Positions 42,559 through 50,580 of a stretch of DNA of 62,507 nucleotides are shown here, piece after piece. This DNA is from Actinomycetota bacterium. Its GTDB lineage: Bacteria; Actinomycetota; CADDZG01; JAHWKV01. The stretch is from NCBI GenBank assembly GCA_040905365.1, contig JBBDRQ010000004.1, positions 1 to 62,507 on the forward strand, written 5' to 3'. Every line of letters begins with the position of its first letter. Within the stretch, counting starts at the first letter, position 1. The notes under the pieces were generated by a model. The model ran no database searches, was not told the origin of the DNA, and saw only the letters and a list, made by a program, of their open reading frames with translations. A program made the position numbers and the translations under genes.

Positions 42559-42584
42559 ATACCCTAACGTTAGGGTATATTATA
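42559..42584 (-). promoter_or_regulatory. Palindromic operator plus -10 box of merR-prfC
   Basis: Perfect 20-bp palindrome ataccctaacgttagggtat (42559-42578) directly after a minus-strand TATAAT (42584-42579). Confidence 0.75.
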
Positions 42585-42748
42585 CGTGTGCAGCCCTCAT
42601 CCAGCACTTGACTGTCAACGCGTGCTTACAGTTGATCCAGCGATTCAGCAGGGCCGCGCGCACGCCGTATCCAACGACCAAATCTTAACCGTTCGTTGCG
42701 CACGGGCCTGCATACAGCAGTGCGCAGCAATAATCACAAGGAGGAAAA

Positions 42749-43003
42749 TTGAGCACCCATCTAGCCGGGCGAAGATCTCCCGAATCCACCCAGCAAGTCC
42801 CAGTTACCCGTATCGAGGTCGTGGATCACCTGGGGTCCGCGTTCTCCAAGACCTCGGCCACCAAATCCGACCTGCTGACCGAAGCCGAGCAAGCCGGGGC
42901 TCGAGGCGAGGTCATCGAGCTGCTCTCGAGACTTCCCGAACGGCGGTTCGGCCGGATAAACGAACTGTGGACCGAGCTGCAAGACGTCCCGATTGAGCCC
43001 TAG
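42749..43003 (+). CDS. DUF2795-like small protein
   Basis: ATKSDLL..A...GA..EVIE.L..LPERRF..INELW. Confidence 0.65.
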   Translation: MSTHLAGRRSPESTQQVPVTRIEVVDHLGSAFSKTSATKSDLLTEAEQAGARGEVIELLSRLPERRFGRINELWTELQDVPIEP

Positions 43004-44006
43004 TGCAGTGACCACTAGCAACAGCACGCGAAGCGGTTTGCAGGCATCGATGAAACCCGGGGCTTCGGCCGGTGGATACCGTGAGGAACTGCGTACCAGG
43101 TTCCGGGGAGCATTGGTCGGCGCGGTGGTCGGCGATGCGCTGGGTGCGCCCTTCGAGGGCTACCCACACCAATTGAGCGCCGGCCAGCTCGACGGCGTTA
43201 CGACCGCGGTCTCGGAACTGAGATACACCGACGACACCGCTTTGACTCACGCTCTGGCCGAATCACTGATTGCACGCGGATCTTTGGATCTGGACCACCT
43301 GGCCGGCAGGTTCTCCAGCGCCTACAGCCGCGACCCTCACCGAGGCTACGGCGCCGGCGCCGCTCATCTGCTGGAGCGCGTTGCCGCCGGCGAAGACTGG
43401 CGAGGTCTGGCTGCGAATCAATTCGGCGGACGCGGGTCTTTCGGCAACGGCGCCGCTATGCGGGTTGCGCCCGTTGCTCTGCTCGCCTACCCGGCGGTAA
43501 ACCGGGCCGTAAGTATGGGGCGCAGCAGCGCCTCGGTTACCCACACCCACCCCGAGGCAATCGACGCGGCCGGCATACAGGCCGCCGCGGTTGCACTGGC
43601 ACTGACCACGGCCGCGGGGGTTGATCGCTTTGCCGTAGACCACCTGCTGTCCCAGGCGACCACACCGAGTCTACGAAAAGCGCTGCGGGCGGTAGCGCAG
43701 CTAAAGCCCTCCAGTACCGCGGCCCAAGTGGCCGCGGTGACCGGAACCGGCATCAGAGCAGTCGAAGCGGTCCCGGCCGCCCTGGCCGCGGTGCTGCTGA
43801 ACATGCAGTCCTTTTCCGCTACCGTCCGGTTTGCGATCACGCTGGGTGGAGATACCGACACCATCGCCTCCATGGCCGGAGCCATCGCCGGCGCCCGTCT
43901 GGGTGAGCAGGCCATCCCTACTGCGTGGCGCGCTCAGGTAGAGGGAGCGCGGCAAGCAGGGAACCTGGCCGACCGGCTCTGGATGAAAAAATACGGCGAG
44001 TCATAA
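42993..44006 (+). CDS. ADP-ribosylglycohydrolase family protein
   Basis: GDALGAPFEG, YTDDT, GNGAAMRVAP, THTHP, GGDTDTIASMAGA; true start probably downstream. Confidence 0.93.
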   Translation: MSPSAVTTSNSTRSGLQASMKPGASAGGYREELRTRFRGALVGAVVGDALGAPFEGYPHQLSAGQLDGVTTAVSELRYTDDTALTHALAESLIARGSLDLDHLAGRFSSAYSRDPHRGYGAGAAHLLERVAAGEDWRGLAANQFGGRGSFGNGAAMRVAPVALLAYPAVNRAVSMGRSSASVTHTHPEAIDAAGIQAAAVALALTTAAGVDRFAVDHLLSQATTPSLRKALRAVAQLKPSSTAAQVAAVTGTGIRAVEAVPAALAAVLLNMQSFSATVRFAITLGGDTDTIASMAGAIAGARLGEQAIPTAWRAQVEGARQAGNLADRLWMKKYGES

Positions 44007-44018
44007 CTCGGTACACCC

Positions 44019-44762
44019 TCAGCGGTGCTCGGGGTTCTCGAAGTCCGAACGGCAGCCGGCGTCCCAGCAAGCGCGCTGGTTGCCGTGCGCGGGAATGCCG
44101 CCGGCGTCGCGCAGCATTCGGGCCACGTGCAGCAGGTTCCAAGTCATAAACGTCGTGTTGCGGTTGGTGAAATCGTTCTCCGGGCCGCCGGAACCTTCGT
44201 CGAGATAGGAGGGTCCCGGTCCCGCCTCGCCGATCCAAGCTGCGTCGACCTGGGGTGGAATCGTGTAGCCGAGATGCTGCAGTGAGTAGAGGATGTTCAT
44301 CGCGCAGTGCTTGGCGCCGTCCTCGTTGCCGGTTATGACGCACCCTCCGGCCCGGCCGTAGTACTTGTACTGGCCGGCGTCGTTTAGCTCGGCGGAGTTG
44401 CCGTAGAGACGTTCGATGACCCGGGTGCACACCGAGCTCTTCTCTCCCAGCCAGATCGGAGTGCCCAGTATGAGGATGTCGGCGGCCATGACCCGCTCGA
44501 CGAGCGCCGGCCAGTCGTCGGTGGCAAAGCCGTGCTCGCGCATGTCCGGATACACGCCGGGCGGCAGGTCGTGGTCTACGGCGCGCGCGACGTCCACCCC
44601 TACGCCGTTTCTTTCCATGATCGCGATTGAGCGGTCGAGCAGACCTTGAGTGTGCGAAAGCCCCGGCGACGGCTTCAGCGTGCAGTTGATAACCATAGCC
44701 TGCAGGTCGCTGAAATCCCACCGGCTCTCGCTGCACAGTGCTTCCTGGCGTTCGTCGAGCAT
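44019..44762 (-). CDS. Flavodoxin family / NADPH-dependent FMN reductase-like protein
   Basis: NCTLK, GTPIWLGE.SS, ITGNEDG.KH, NDFTNRNTTFMTWN. Confidence 0.88.
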   Translation of the reverse strand: MLDERQEALCSESRWDFSDLQAMVINCTLKPSPGLSHTQGLLDRSIAIMERNGVGVDVARAVDHDLPPGVYPDMREHGFATDDWPALVERVMAADILILGTPIWLGEKSSVCTRVIERLYGNSAELNDAGQYKYYGRAGGCVITGNEDGAKHCAMNILYSLQHLGYTIPPQVDAAWIGEAGPGPSYLDEGSGGPENDFTNRNTTFMTWNLLHVARMLRDAGGIPAHGNQRACWDAGCRSDFENPEHR

Positions 44763-44901
44763 ATTTCCTCCTGGGAGCCCAGATCCGACGGCGATTTTGC
44801 TACACCAACCCGCTTACCGTGGCGGACTATTCCTGCTGGACGGCGCCGATTGTGACGTATGCATCCTTGCACAATGCCAGGCCTGCCCGGGACGCGGTTG
44901 A

Positions 44902-45423
44902 CGCGGCTTTTCGCGGCAACTCGATCCCGGACGACCGACCGTCGTCTACTGCTGGGACTACCGGTGAGACCTCAGTCCACGAGCCGCGTGGCGGCTCGAG
45001 AGTCTGGGGTTTAGCGACGTTTACGAATTTGCACCGGGAAAAGCAGCCTGGCTCGCCATCAGCTGGCCCTCGGAGGGAGATCTGGCCGACCAACCAACCG
45101 CGGGCAAACTGGCCCGCGCGGACGTGCCGATCGCGCGTCTGGGAGAAACAGTCGGCGACGCCAAGAGCAGAGTCGACGAGGCGGAGCTCGACCTGTGCCT
45201 TGTCGTCAACGCGGCCGGCATCTTCATGGGCCGGCTGCGGGGAGAGTCACTGGAGGTCGAGCCGGCCACACCGGTCGAGCAGGCCATGGAGCATGGATCC
45301 AGCACGGTACGGCCCAACGAGCCATACGATGCCCTGGCGTCCCGCATGTCGAAGCGGAAAATCGGCTCAGTAGTCGTCAGCGACCTAAAAGGCCGGCTGA
45401 TTGGTGTGTTGTTCGCCGGTTAA
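44902..45423 (+). pseudogene. Rhodanese + CBS-pair protein with in-frame UGA (possible selenocysteine), 5' end missing
   Basis: Frame reads LDPGRPTVVYCWDYR-UGA(44965)-DLSPRAAWRLESLGFSDVY...W.A and continues into CBS motifs; hairpin after UGA; no in-frame start after the stop at 44899-44901. Confidence 0.7.
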
Positions 45424-45495
45424 CTTTTACGACCTTTACGCTGCATCGCAGTAATAATCCTGCATCAGATGTTTTCAATGCTAACATCAAGCGTC

Positions 45496-45723
45496 ATGAC
45501 GAGAACCACCGTTGATATCGATGCCACAGTCCTGCGGGAACTGAAAGAGAAGGCCACCCGAGAAGGCAAGAGCTTGGGTCAGGTGATCTCGGAGGTCGCA
45601 GCGGTCGCTTTGGGCTCAACGCCCGCCCTCCGGCCCGAGCCCTTCGTCTGGACCTCCCGGCCAATGGGCGCGCGGGTGGAGATCAGCGATAAGGATGCCC
45701 TGTATCGCGCCCTCGACGGCTGA
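45496..45723 (+). CDS. VapB-like antitoxin (RHH)
   Basis: MTRTTVDID..VL..LK...EGKSLGQVISE; upstream of PIN gene. Confidence 0.85.
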   Translation: MTRTTVDIDATVLRELKEKATREGKSLGQVISEVAAVALGSTPALRPEPFVWTSRPMGARVEISDKDALYRALDG

Positions 45724-45726
45724 TAG

Positions 45727-46167
45727 ATGAGCTTTGCGGTTGACGCCAACCTGCTCCTCTACGCCTCCGACCTGTCCAGTCCTCGCCAGCCCAAGGCTTA
45801 CGAGCAGTTGCACCGGCTTGCCCGGGGCCCGGAGATTGTCTACCTGTTCTGGCCCGTGCTCATGGCCTATCTGCGTATATCCACCCACTCGTCGATATTT
45901 TCCGCACCCCTGAGCACGGAGGAGGCGATGGATAACGTGAGAGCGCTCGTGGCTCTTCCGCACGTCCGGTGTCCCGGTGAAAACTCGGGCTTTTGGAAGG
46001 TGTATGAACAAATTGGGGCCGGTCAAAATATTCGAGGCAACCTGGTGCCCGACGCACACATCGTGGCGCTGATGATGCAGCACGGAGTTACCGTCATCTG
46101 GACCGACGATCGGGACTTCAGGCGTTTCGAGGGAATTACCGTCCGCTTTTTGGAGGATCTGGACTGA
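45727..46167 (+). CDS. VapC PIN-domain toxin
   Basis: VDANLLLYA, YLRISTH, GNLVPDAHIVAL, TDDRDFRRF. Confidence 0.92.
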   Translation: MSFAVDANLLLYASDLSSPRQPKAYEQLHRLARGPEIVYLFWPVLMAYLRISTHSSIFSAPLSTEEAMDNVRALVALPHVRCPGENSGFWKVYEQIGAGQNIRGNLVPDAHIVALMMQHGVTVIWTDDRDFRRFEGITVRFLEDLD

Positions 46168-46243
46168 GGCTGCGGGCGCGGGCGATGACAGGACACAGTG
46201 GCAATAGGGTTAATAGCGGCCTACCCTGGTGTATTATAGGTGT

Positions 46244-46447
46244 ATGTCACGCACCAACATCGATCTCGACGACCAGGCCTGCCGGGCCGTCATGGAGCGC
46301 TACCACTTTGCGAGCAAGCGGGAGGCGGTCAACTTCGCCCTCCGCACGGTGGCATCGGAGCCGCTCGGCCTCTCCGAGGCCCGCTCACTGCGCGGCTCCG
46401 GCTGGGAAGGGGACCTGGAGATAATGAGGGCCGGCCGCACCGGGTGA
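46244..46447 (+). CDS. VapB antitoxin (resembles mycobacterial VapB11 type)
   Basis: MSRTNIDLDD...KREAVNFALR...GWEGDL; probably leaderless. Confidence 0.88.
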   Translation: MSRTNIDLDDQACRAVMERYHFASKREAVNFALRTVASEPLGLSEARSLRGSGWEGDLEIMRAGRTG

Positions 46448-46833
46448 TTCTTATCGACACCTCGGCCTGGATCGAATTTCTGCGCGACACCGCAAGCCCG
46501 GTGGCCGATAGGGTGGGCGCTGCATTGGACCAGGCCATCGCCGTTTGTGATCCGGTGCGAATGGAGGTCCTGGCAGGCGCCCGGGACGAGAGCCATCTGA
46601 GCGATATGCGCCGGCTGCTCGCCCGGGCATCCACCATTCCGATCGGGCCGGCCGACTACGAGGAGGCCGCCGTTTTGTATCGCATGTGCCGGCGTAAAGG
46701 CGACACGGTGCGCAAGGTCATCGACTGCCTCATCGCAACGGCTGCCATCAAATCCTCGGCCGCAGTACTGCACCTCGATGCCGACTTCGACATCCTGGCG
46801 AGGCATACGCCTCTGCGCACCGTTGAGCTTTGA
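46444..46833 (+). CDS. VapC PIN-domain toxin (VapC11 type)
   Basis: ILIDTSAWIEFLR, MEVLAGAR, DCLIA, LHLDADFD; GTGA overlap with vapB. Confidence 0.92.
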   Translation: MILIDTSAWIEFLRDTASPVADRVGAALDQAIAVCDPVRMEVLAGARDESHLSDMRRLLARASTIPIGPADYEEAAVLYRMCRRKGDTVRKVIDCLIATAAIKSSAAVLHLDADFDILARHTPLRTVEL

Positions 46834-46971
46834 GAGCCGCTGGGCCACGATGATTCCTGGGGTCTAACCGCTGGTGGTGGTGTGACACTGATCTGGCCCG
46901 GAAGGTGAACCTTGAGGCGGCTGGGGGGCTCGGGAAACTCGGTGCCATCGGGTAGATCGCAGATGAACAGC

Positions 46972-47189
46972 GAGGGGATGCGGTAACCCCGGTAGCGGTA
47001 GCGGGTTATCGCGACCTCGGCGGGCCAGGCGAGCCTCGCGCCGTTGACGCCGTCCCATGTGCGTTGCCAGTACCGCCGCTTGATCTGTTTCCAGGTCAGA
47101 CGCGGATACTTCTTGCGCAGCCAGCGTACGACTCGCCACCACAGGTAGTGGCTGAGGTAGGCGAAGCAGCGCTTGCTCGCGCCGTGGCG
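46972..47189 (-). pseudogene. Group II intron RT/maturase C-terminal (domain X) fragment
   Basis: Manual translation RHGASKRCFAYLSHYLWWRVVRWLRKKYPRLTWKQIKRRY...ITRYRYRGYRIP; no RT core present. Confidence 0.75.
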
Positions 47190-47269
47190 TTTTCTCGGGC
47201 GAGAGCGTCAAACGCATCTGCTCGCGCATGAACTCGGCCGTTTGCTCTTTGAGCGCCCGAATCCCCAGC

Positions 47270-47443
47270 GCGGACAATCAGTGGCGGTCGTTCCAGCGCC
47301 AGCGCGAGAAGTCAACTGCAACCTTCTTCGTCGGCCTTTCTCGTGCAAAGCAGCGCACGATCTTCACGTACTGTGTGTCGCGCGGCGACCGTGACTCGGT
47401 TGATGCGCTCTACCGCCTGCTGGCGACGCCCGGTTCCAAATGA
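47270..47443 (+). pseudogene. C-terminal fragment of a UvrD/SF1 helicase
   Basis: FFVGLSRAKQR resembles SF1 motif VI; no upstream helicase body. Confidence 0.5.
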
Positions 47444-47500
47444 AGGATCGCCCGGACCTCCCAGGGCGAGAGCGACCTACGACATCCGACCGGCCACTGC

Positions 47501-48358
47501 CTACTTGCCGCCCATTCGCGCAAGGAACTCCTCGACGGTCGCCACGGCCTGGCGGCGAAGCCGCGCGGTAGCCTCGTCATCGCCGACCTCTGCGAGAAAC
47601 GAGGCGTAGCCGATTGGCCCGTCCTGAGCGACGTCGGCAAACCGCTCCCGTAGGAGAGTCAGCGCCTCGGCAACCTGCTCTCGGCGGGCGATTGGGCTCT
47701 TGACGGCTTCGGTCGCGGCTTCATCAGGCCCGGCACCGAAGTGCAGCAAGCAGAAGATCAGATCGTACGCGTCCTTGTTTTCGTGGCGATCCTGGAAGGC
47801 GAAGATCTTAAGCACAGTGCAGGAGAACAAATTGGCCACCCTCACCTTCACCCGAGACATGCCACCGTCATCGAGTCGTTCAGCTTCGATCTCGCGCTCG
47901 AGATAGTCCTGTGTGACCAGCTGCGCACCTCGAACGTTGAAGGCACCTAGTCCGCTGCCAGCTCCCTCACCCTTGGGCTTGAAGATGTGGCCGGGGTTGA
48001 CCCGATTGGTCTCGCAGAGGAATTCAACCTGGACCTTCACGCCGTCGACATCTCTTTTCCACCGGAAGCTGTTCTCAGCCCTGAATTGCGCCTTCTTGAG
48101 GTTGTTCTCCAGGGTTCGGTAGGTCTCGGGCGCGGCATCACCCAGAACCAGTCCGATGACGACGTCGATGTCGGTCGTCCCCACGTGGGCTCGGGCCCCC
48201 TCAGGCAGCTCACCTACGATGTAGCGCGGCGCCAAACCGCCGGCCAGGTAGATCCTCTCACTCCATGGGCCGATCTCGCCGAGGAGCGTTACCAGCGCAC
48301 GTTCGCACCGAGCCGTGGTCACCTCGTCGTACTCGGAGTAGTGCTCTCGAGGACTCAA
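47501..48358 (-). CDS. Nucleotidyltransferase toxin, AbiEii/MenT-like (type IV TA)
   Basis: LAGGLAP...GTTDIDV (pol-beta G..DxD), K..AF.DR...KDAYDL. Confidence 0.75.
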   Translation of the reverse strand: MSPREHYSEYDEVTTARCERALVTLLGEIGPWSERIYLAGGLAPRYIVGELPEGARAHVGTTDIDVVIGLVLGDAAPETYRTLENNLKKAQFRAENSFRWKRDVDGVKVQVEFLCETNRVNPGHIFKPKGEGAGSGLGAFNVRGAQLVTQDYLEREIEAERLDDGGMSRVKVRVANLFSCTVLKIFAFQDRHENKDAYDLIFCLLHFGAGPDEAATEAVKSPIARREQVAEALTLLRERFADVAQDGPIGYASFLAEVGDDEATARLRRQAVATVEEFLARMGGK

Positions 48359-49410
48359 AATCCGATCACCTCTCGACGCAGGTTGTCGGCCTGCTCGCGG
48401 CCTCGTCGGGGATCGCGGCGCAGGTCTACGTACGTGCGAAAGAGGTTGGCGAGCGACAATCCACCGCGCTTCTCACGGAAGGCGAGCGGACCGTCGTCCC
48501 TGACCTGAAGGAACACGACGTTGTGGCCATCTGTGACCAAGTCTGCTCGCGTCGCTTGCGCCAGCTCGTGCACTCCGACTCTTGCAGTCACCCAGACCTC
48601 GACGACGGGAACCGCCGTCACGAACGGCGCCACCAAGGTTGCGGCCGCGGCCCCGGTGACCGCGTAATTGATGCCGGCGCGCCCGAGGTTATTGGCAACC
48701 TTTTCGGCAAGCAGCCGTGGCGTTTGCGCCAGCACGTACGCGGTTGTTCTGGTCGGCTGCTCCGTGTTCTCTTCCGTCCAAAGGTCGAGCAGCGCGCCGG
48801 GGTCCGTAAGAGTCCGAGTGAGGTTCGGTCCTGTCCCCTGCGCCGCAACCACACCCTCGTGCTCAAGTCGAGCCAGAACGCGATGCGCGAGCCCAGTAGA
48901 CACACCTGCCTCCTCGACAACATCTTTCACTTGCCACCTGCGCTCGGGATGCAGCAGCAGAGCCTGAGTCACCACGCCGGCTTTCCCCTTGAGGCGAGTG
49001 GGTGGGGTAGTGGTATAAGTCCGCCGCTTTCGGCGTTCATGGCCTTCGACGTGAAAGAGAAGCCCCGGCAACTCCAAGTGCGCGTTCCCGAGCCCATCAA
49101 TGATCCCGATGCCATGGTCCTCCAAAATCCGGCGGGTCTCCTCTGTGGTCTCCTCTGCAATGAGTAGGTGGCGCCTCTCAGGGTGCGCCTCGGCGTAATG
49201 AACGAGCTGCCAGGCAGTGGCGGCGTTCGCCCGCCGCTTGAAATCCACAACGACCTCTTCCTGGCGGTCGGCGAAGGTCAGGATGGCGTCGACCCCCCGG
49301 TCGGTGCCGCCAGAGTCGGCGTCCACGGTCAGCCACGGGATCTCCCGTAGGATGCGGAGCGCCTCCGTCTCCAGCGAGCCCCTAATATTCACAAGCTCAC
49401 GCTTATTCAC
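48355..49410 (-). CDS. AbiEi-like antitoxin / wHTH regulator (type IV TA)
   Basis: Central wHTH (AGVSTGLAHRVL..L), LLDLW, YAVTG..AA, C-terminal YVDL..DPRRGREQA; 4-nt overlap with the toxin gene. Confidence 0.75.
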   Translation of the reverse strand: MNKRELVNIRGSLETEALRILREIPWLTVDADSGGTDRGVDAILTFADRQEEVVVDFKRRANAATAWQLVHYAEAHPERRHLLIAEETTEETRRILEDHGIGIIDGLGNAHLELPGLLFHVEGHERRKRRTYTTTPPTRLKGKAGVVTQALLLHPERRWQVKDVVEEAGVSTGLAHRVLARLEHEGVVAAQGTGPNLTRTLTDPGALLDLWTEENTEQPTRTTAYVLAQTPRLLAEKVANNLGRAGINYAVTGAAAATLVAPFVTAVPVVEVWVTARVGVHELAQATRADLVTDGHNVVFLQVRDDGPLAFREKRGGLSLANLFRTYVDLRRDPRRGREQADNLRREVIGF

Positions 49411-49440
49411 AGCGTCTATGAATATAGACGATTCTGTGAA
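49406..49440. promoter_or_regulatory. Nested inverted repeat at the antitoxin start (putative autoregulatory operator)
   Basis: ttcacag-cgtctat-gaat-atagacg-att-ctgtgaa. Confidence 0.6.
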
Positions 49441-49660
49441 CCTTATCTAGTTCACTTGGCAAGTCCTGAGTCACCCTCTCAGGAGTCGACAACGCCGCCG
49501 CCGGCGGCGTCCACCGCCCTGCGGGCGACTGACCCGAGACTCACGGGGGGCATGACGGCATGCACGACTGGGCCGACACCCCCGGACCACCACGGCGTTC
49601 TGATCACACACCGGCCGCCGAGAGCGACTGGGTTCTGGACACAGCGGCAAGACGAGACCG

Positions 49661-49840
49661 GCCGTTGGTGTTCTCGTTGCTGCCGCGCTGCCAGGGACTG
49701 TTGGGATCACAGAAGTACACGGCCACCCCGGTGTCGATGGTGGACAGGGCGTGGCGGGCCATCTCCTTGCCCTGGTCCCAGATCAGCGATTGGCTCAGCT
49801 GCTCAGGCAGCCGGAGGATGTGGTCACGTAGCGCGGCAGC
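49661..49840 (-). mobile_element. IS30 family transposase fragment
   Basis: SLIWDQGKEMARH...VYFCDPNSPWQRGSNENTNG. Confidence 0.9.
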
Positions 49841-50187
49841 GGCGGGCTCCGCGGGCCTGTCCCTTTCCCATCCTGCGAGAATCTTTGCCGCCGCGGAATG
49901 CCCACCGTACTTACCGGGTTTATCCAGGAGATTCACCCCACAACGGCTTCGAACCAGTCACCAATACGAAGTCGGTAGGCAGACCGGCCATGGATTGTTG
50001 CGCCGGGTCGGCTCCACCGGCTAGAAGGGGGGGAGGTTCCGCGATGGTCCGTCAACCGCCGCCTGTCTGGTCGAACAATCAGGGCCGGACCGGTCCAGCC
50101 AGCGTCGACGCATCCATTACCCGCCGGGCAGTAGCTCCCGGGCTCCTTGCACATGCTGCGGCGTCCACGGGCAGGGGGCTGCGCCAT

Positions 50188-50571
50188 ATGCGCTATCTGG
50201 TAGAGCTGTCAGTACTTCTGGTAATCGTGCGGGTGCGCCTGAGCCGGCGGGGATTCCAGCCAACCGTGGCTTGGTCCACGACGTTGAACCCAGCGCGCCA
50301 CTGCCATGAGGCTGGGGTGCACAGGACCATTGAGCTGGCGATGACAGATGCTCAGCGGGTGTTCCGCTGGCATCCCGTGGCCAACAAGTGCCTCGAGCAG
50401 TCCCTGGTCCTCTGCAAGTTTCTCGCCCGGCGCGGAATCAGGGCCGAGTTGATTGTCGCAGTGCGGAAGTACCCGTTCGGGTCCCATGCGTGGGCTCGCT
50501 GGGGTGAGGTGCTCTTGACCGACCCTCCCGCCCAGGATCCCGAGCATTTCCACGTGATCGCACGATTCTAG
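50188..50571 (+). CDS. Lasso peptide leader peptidase (B2, transglutaminase-like)
   Basis: KCLEQSL, PFGSHAW, LTD catalytic Cys-His-Asp; ATG 50188 lies within ORF 49456-50571. Confidence 0.9.
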   Translation: MRYLVELSVLLVIVRVRLSRRGFQPTVAWSTTLNPARHCHEAGVHRTIELAMTDAQRVFRWHPVANKCLEQSLVLCKFLARRGIRAELIVAVRKYPFGSHAWARWGEVLLTDPPAQDPEHFHVIARF

Positions 50572-50580
50572 GAGGCACAC

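Noticed and set aside
49950-50010. RelE toxin remnant (minus strand HGRSAYRLRIGDW)
   Set aside because: The motif is suggestive but too short to support a feature
49456-50187. N-terminal 244 aa of the 371-aa ORF as a real fusion to B2
   Set aside because: It runs antisense over an IS30 fragment and looks non-coding; B2 similarity begins at ATG 50188
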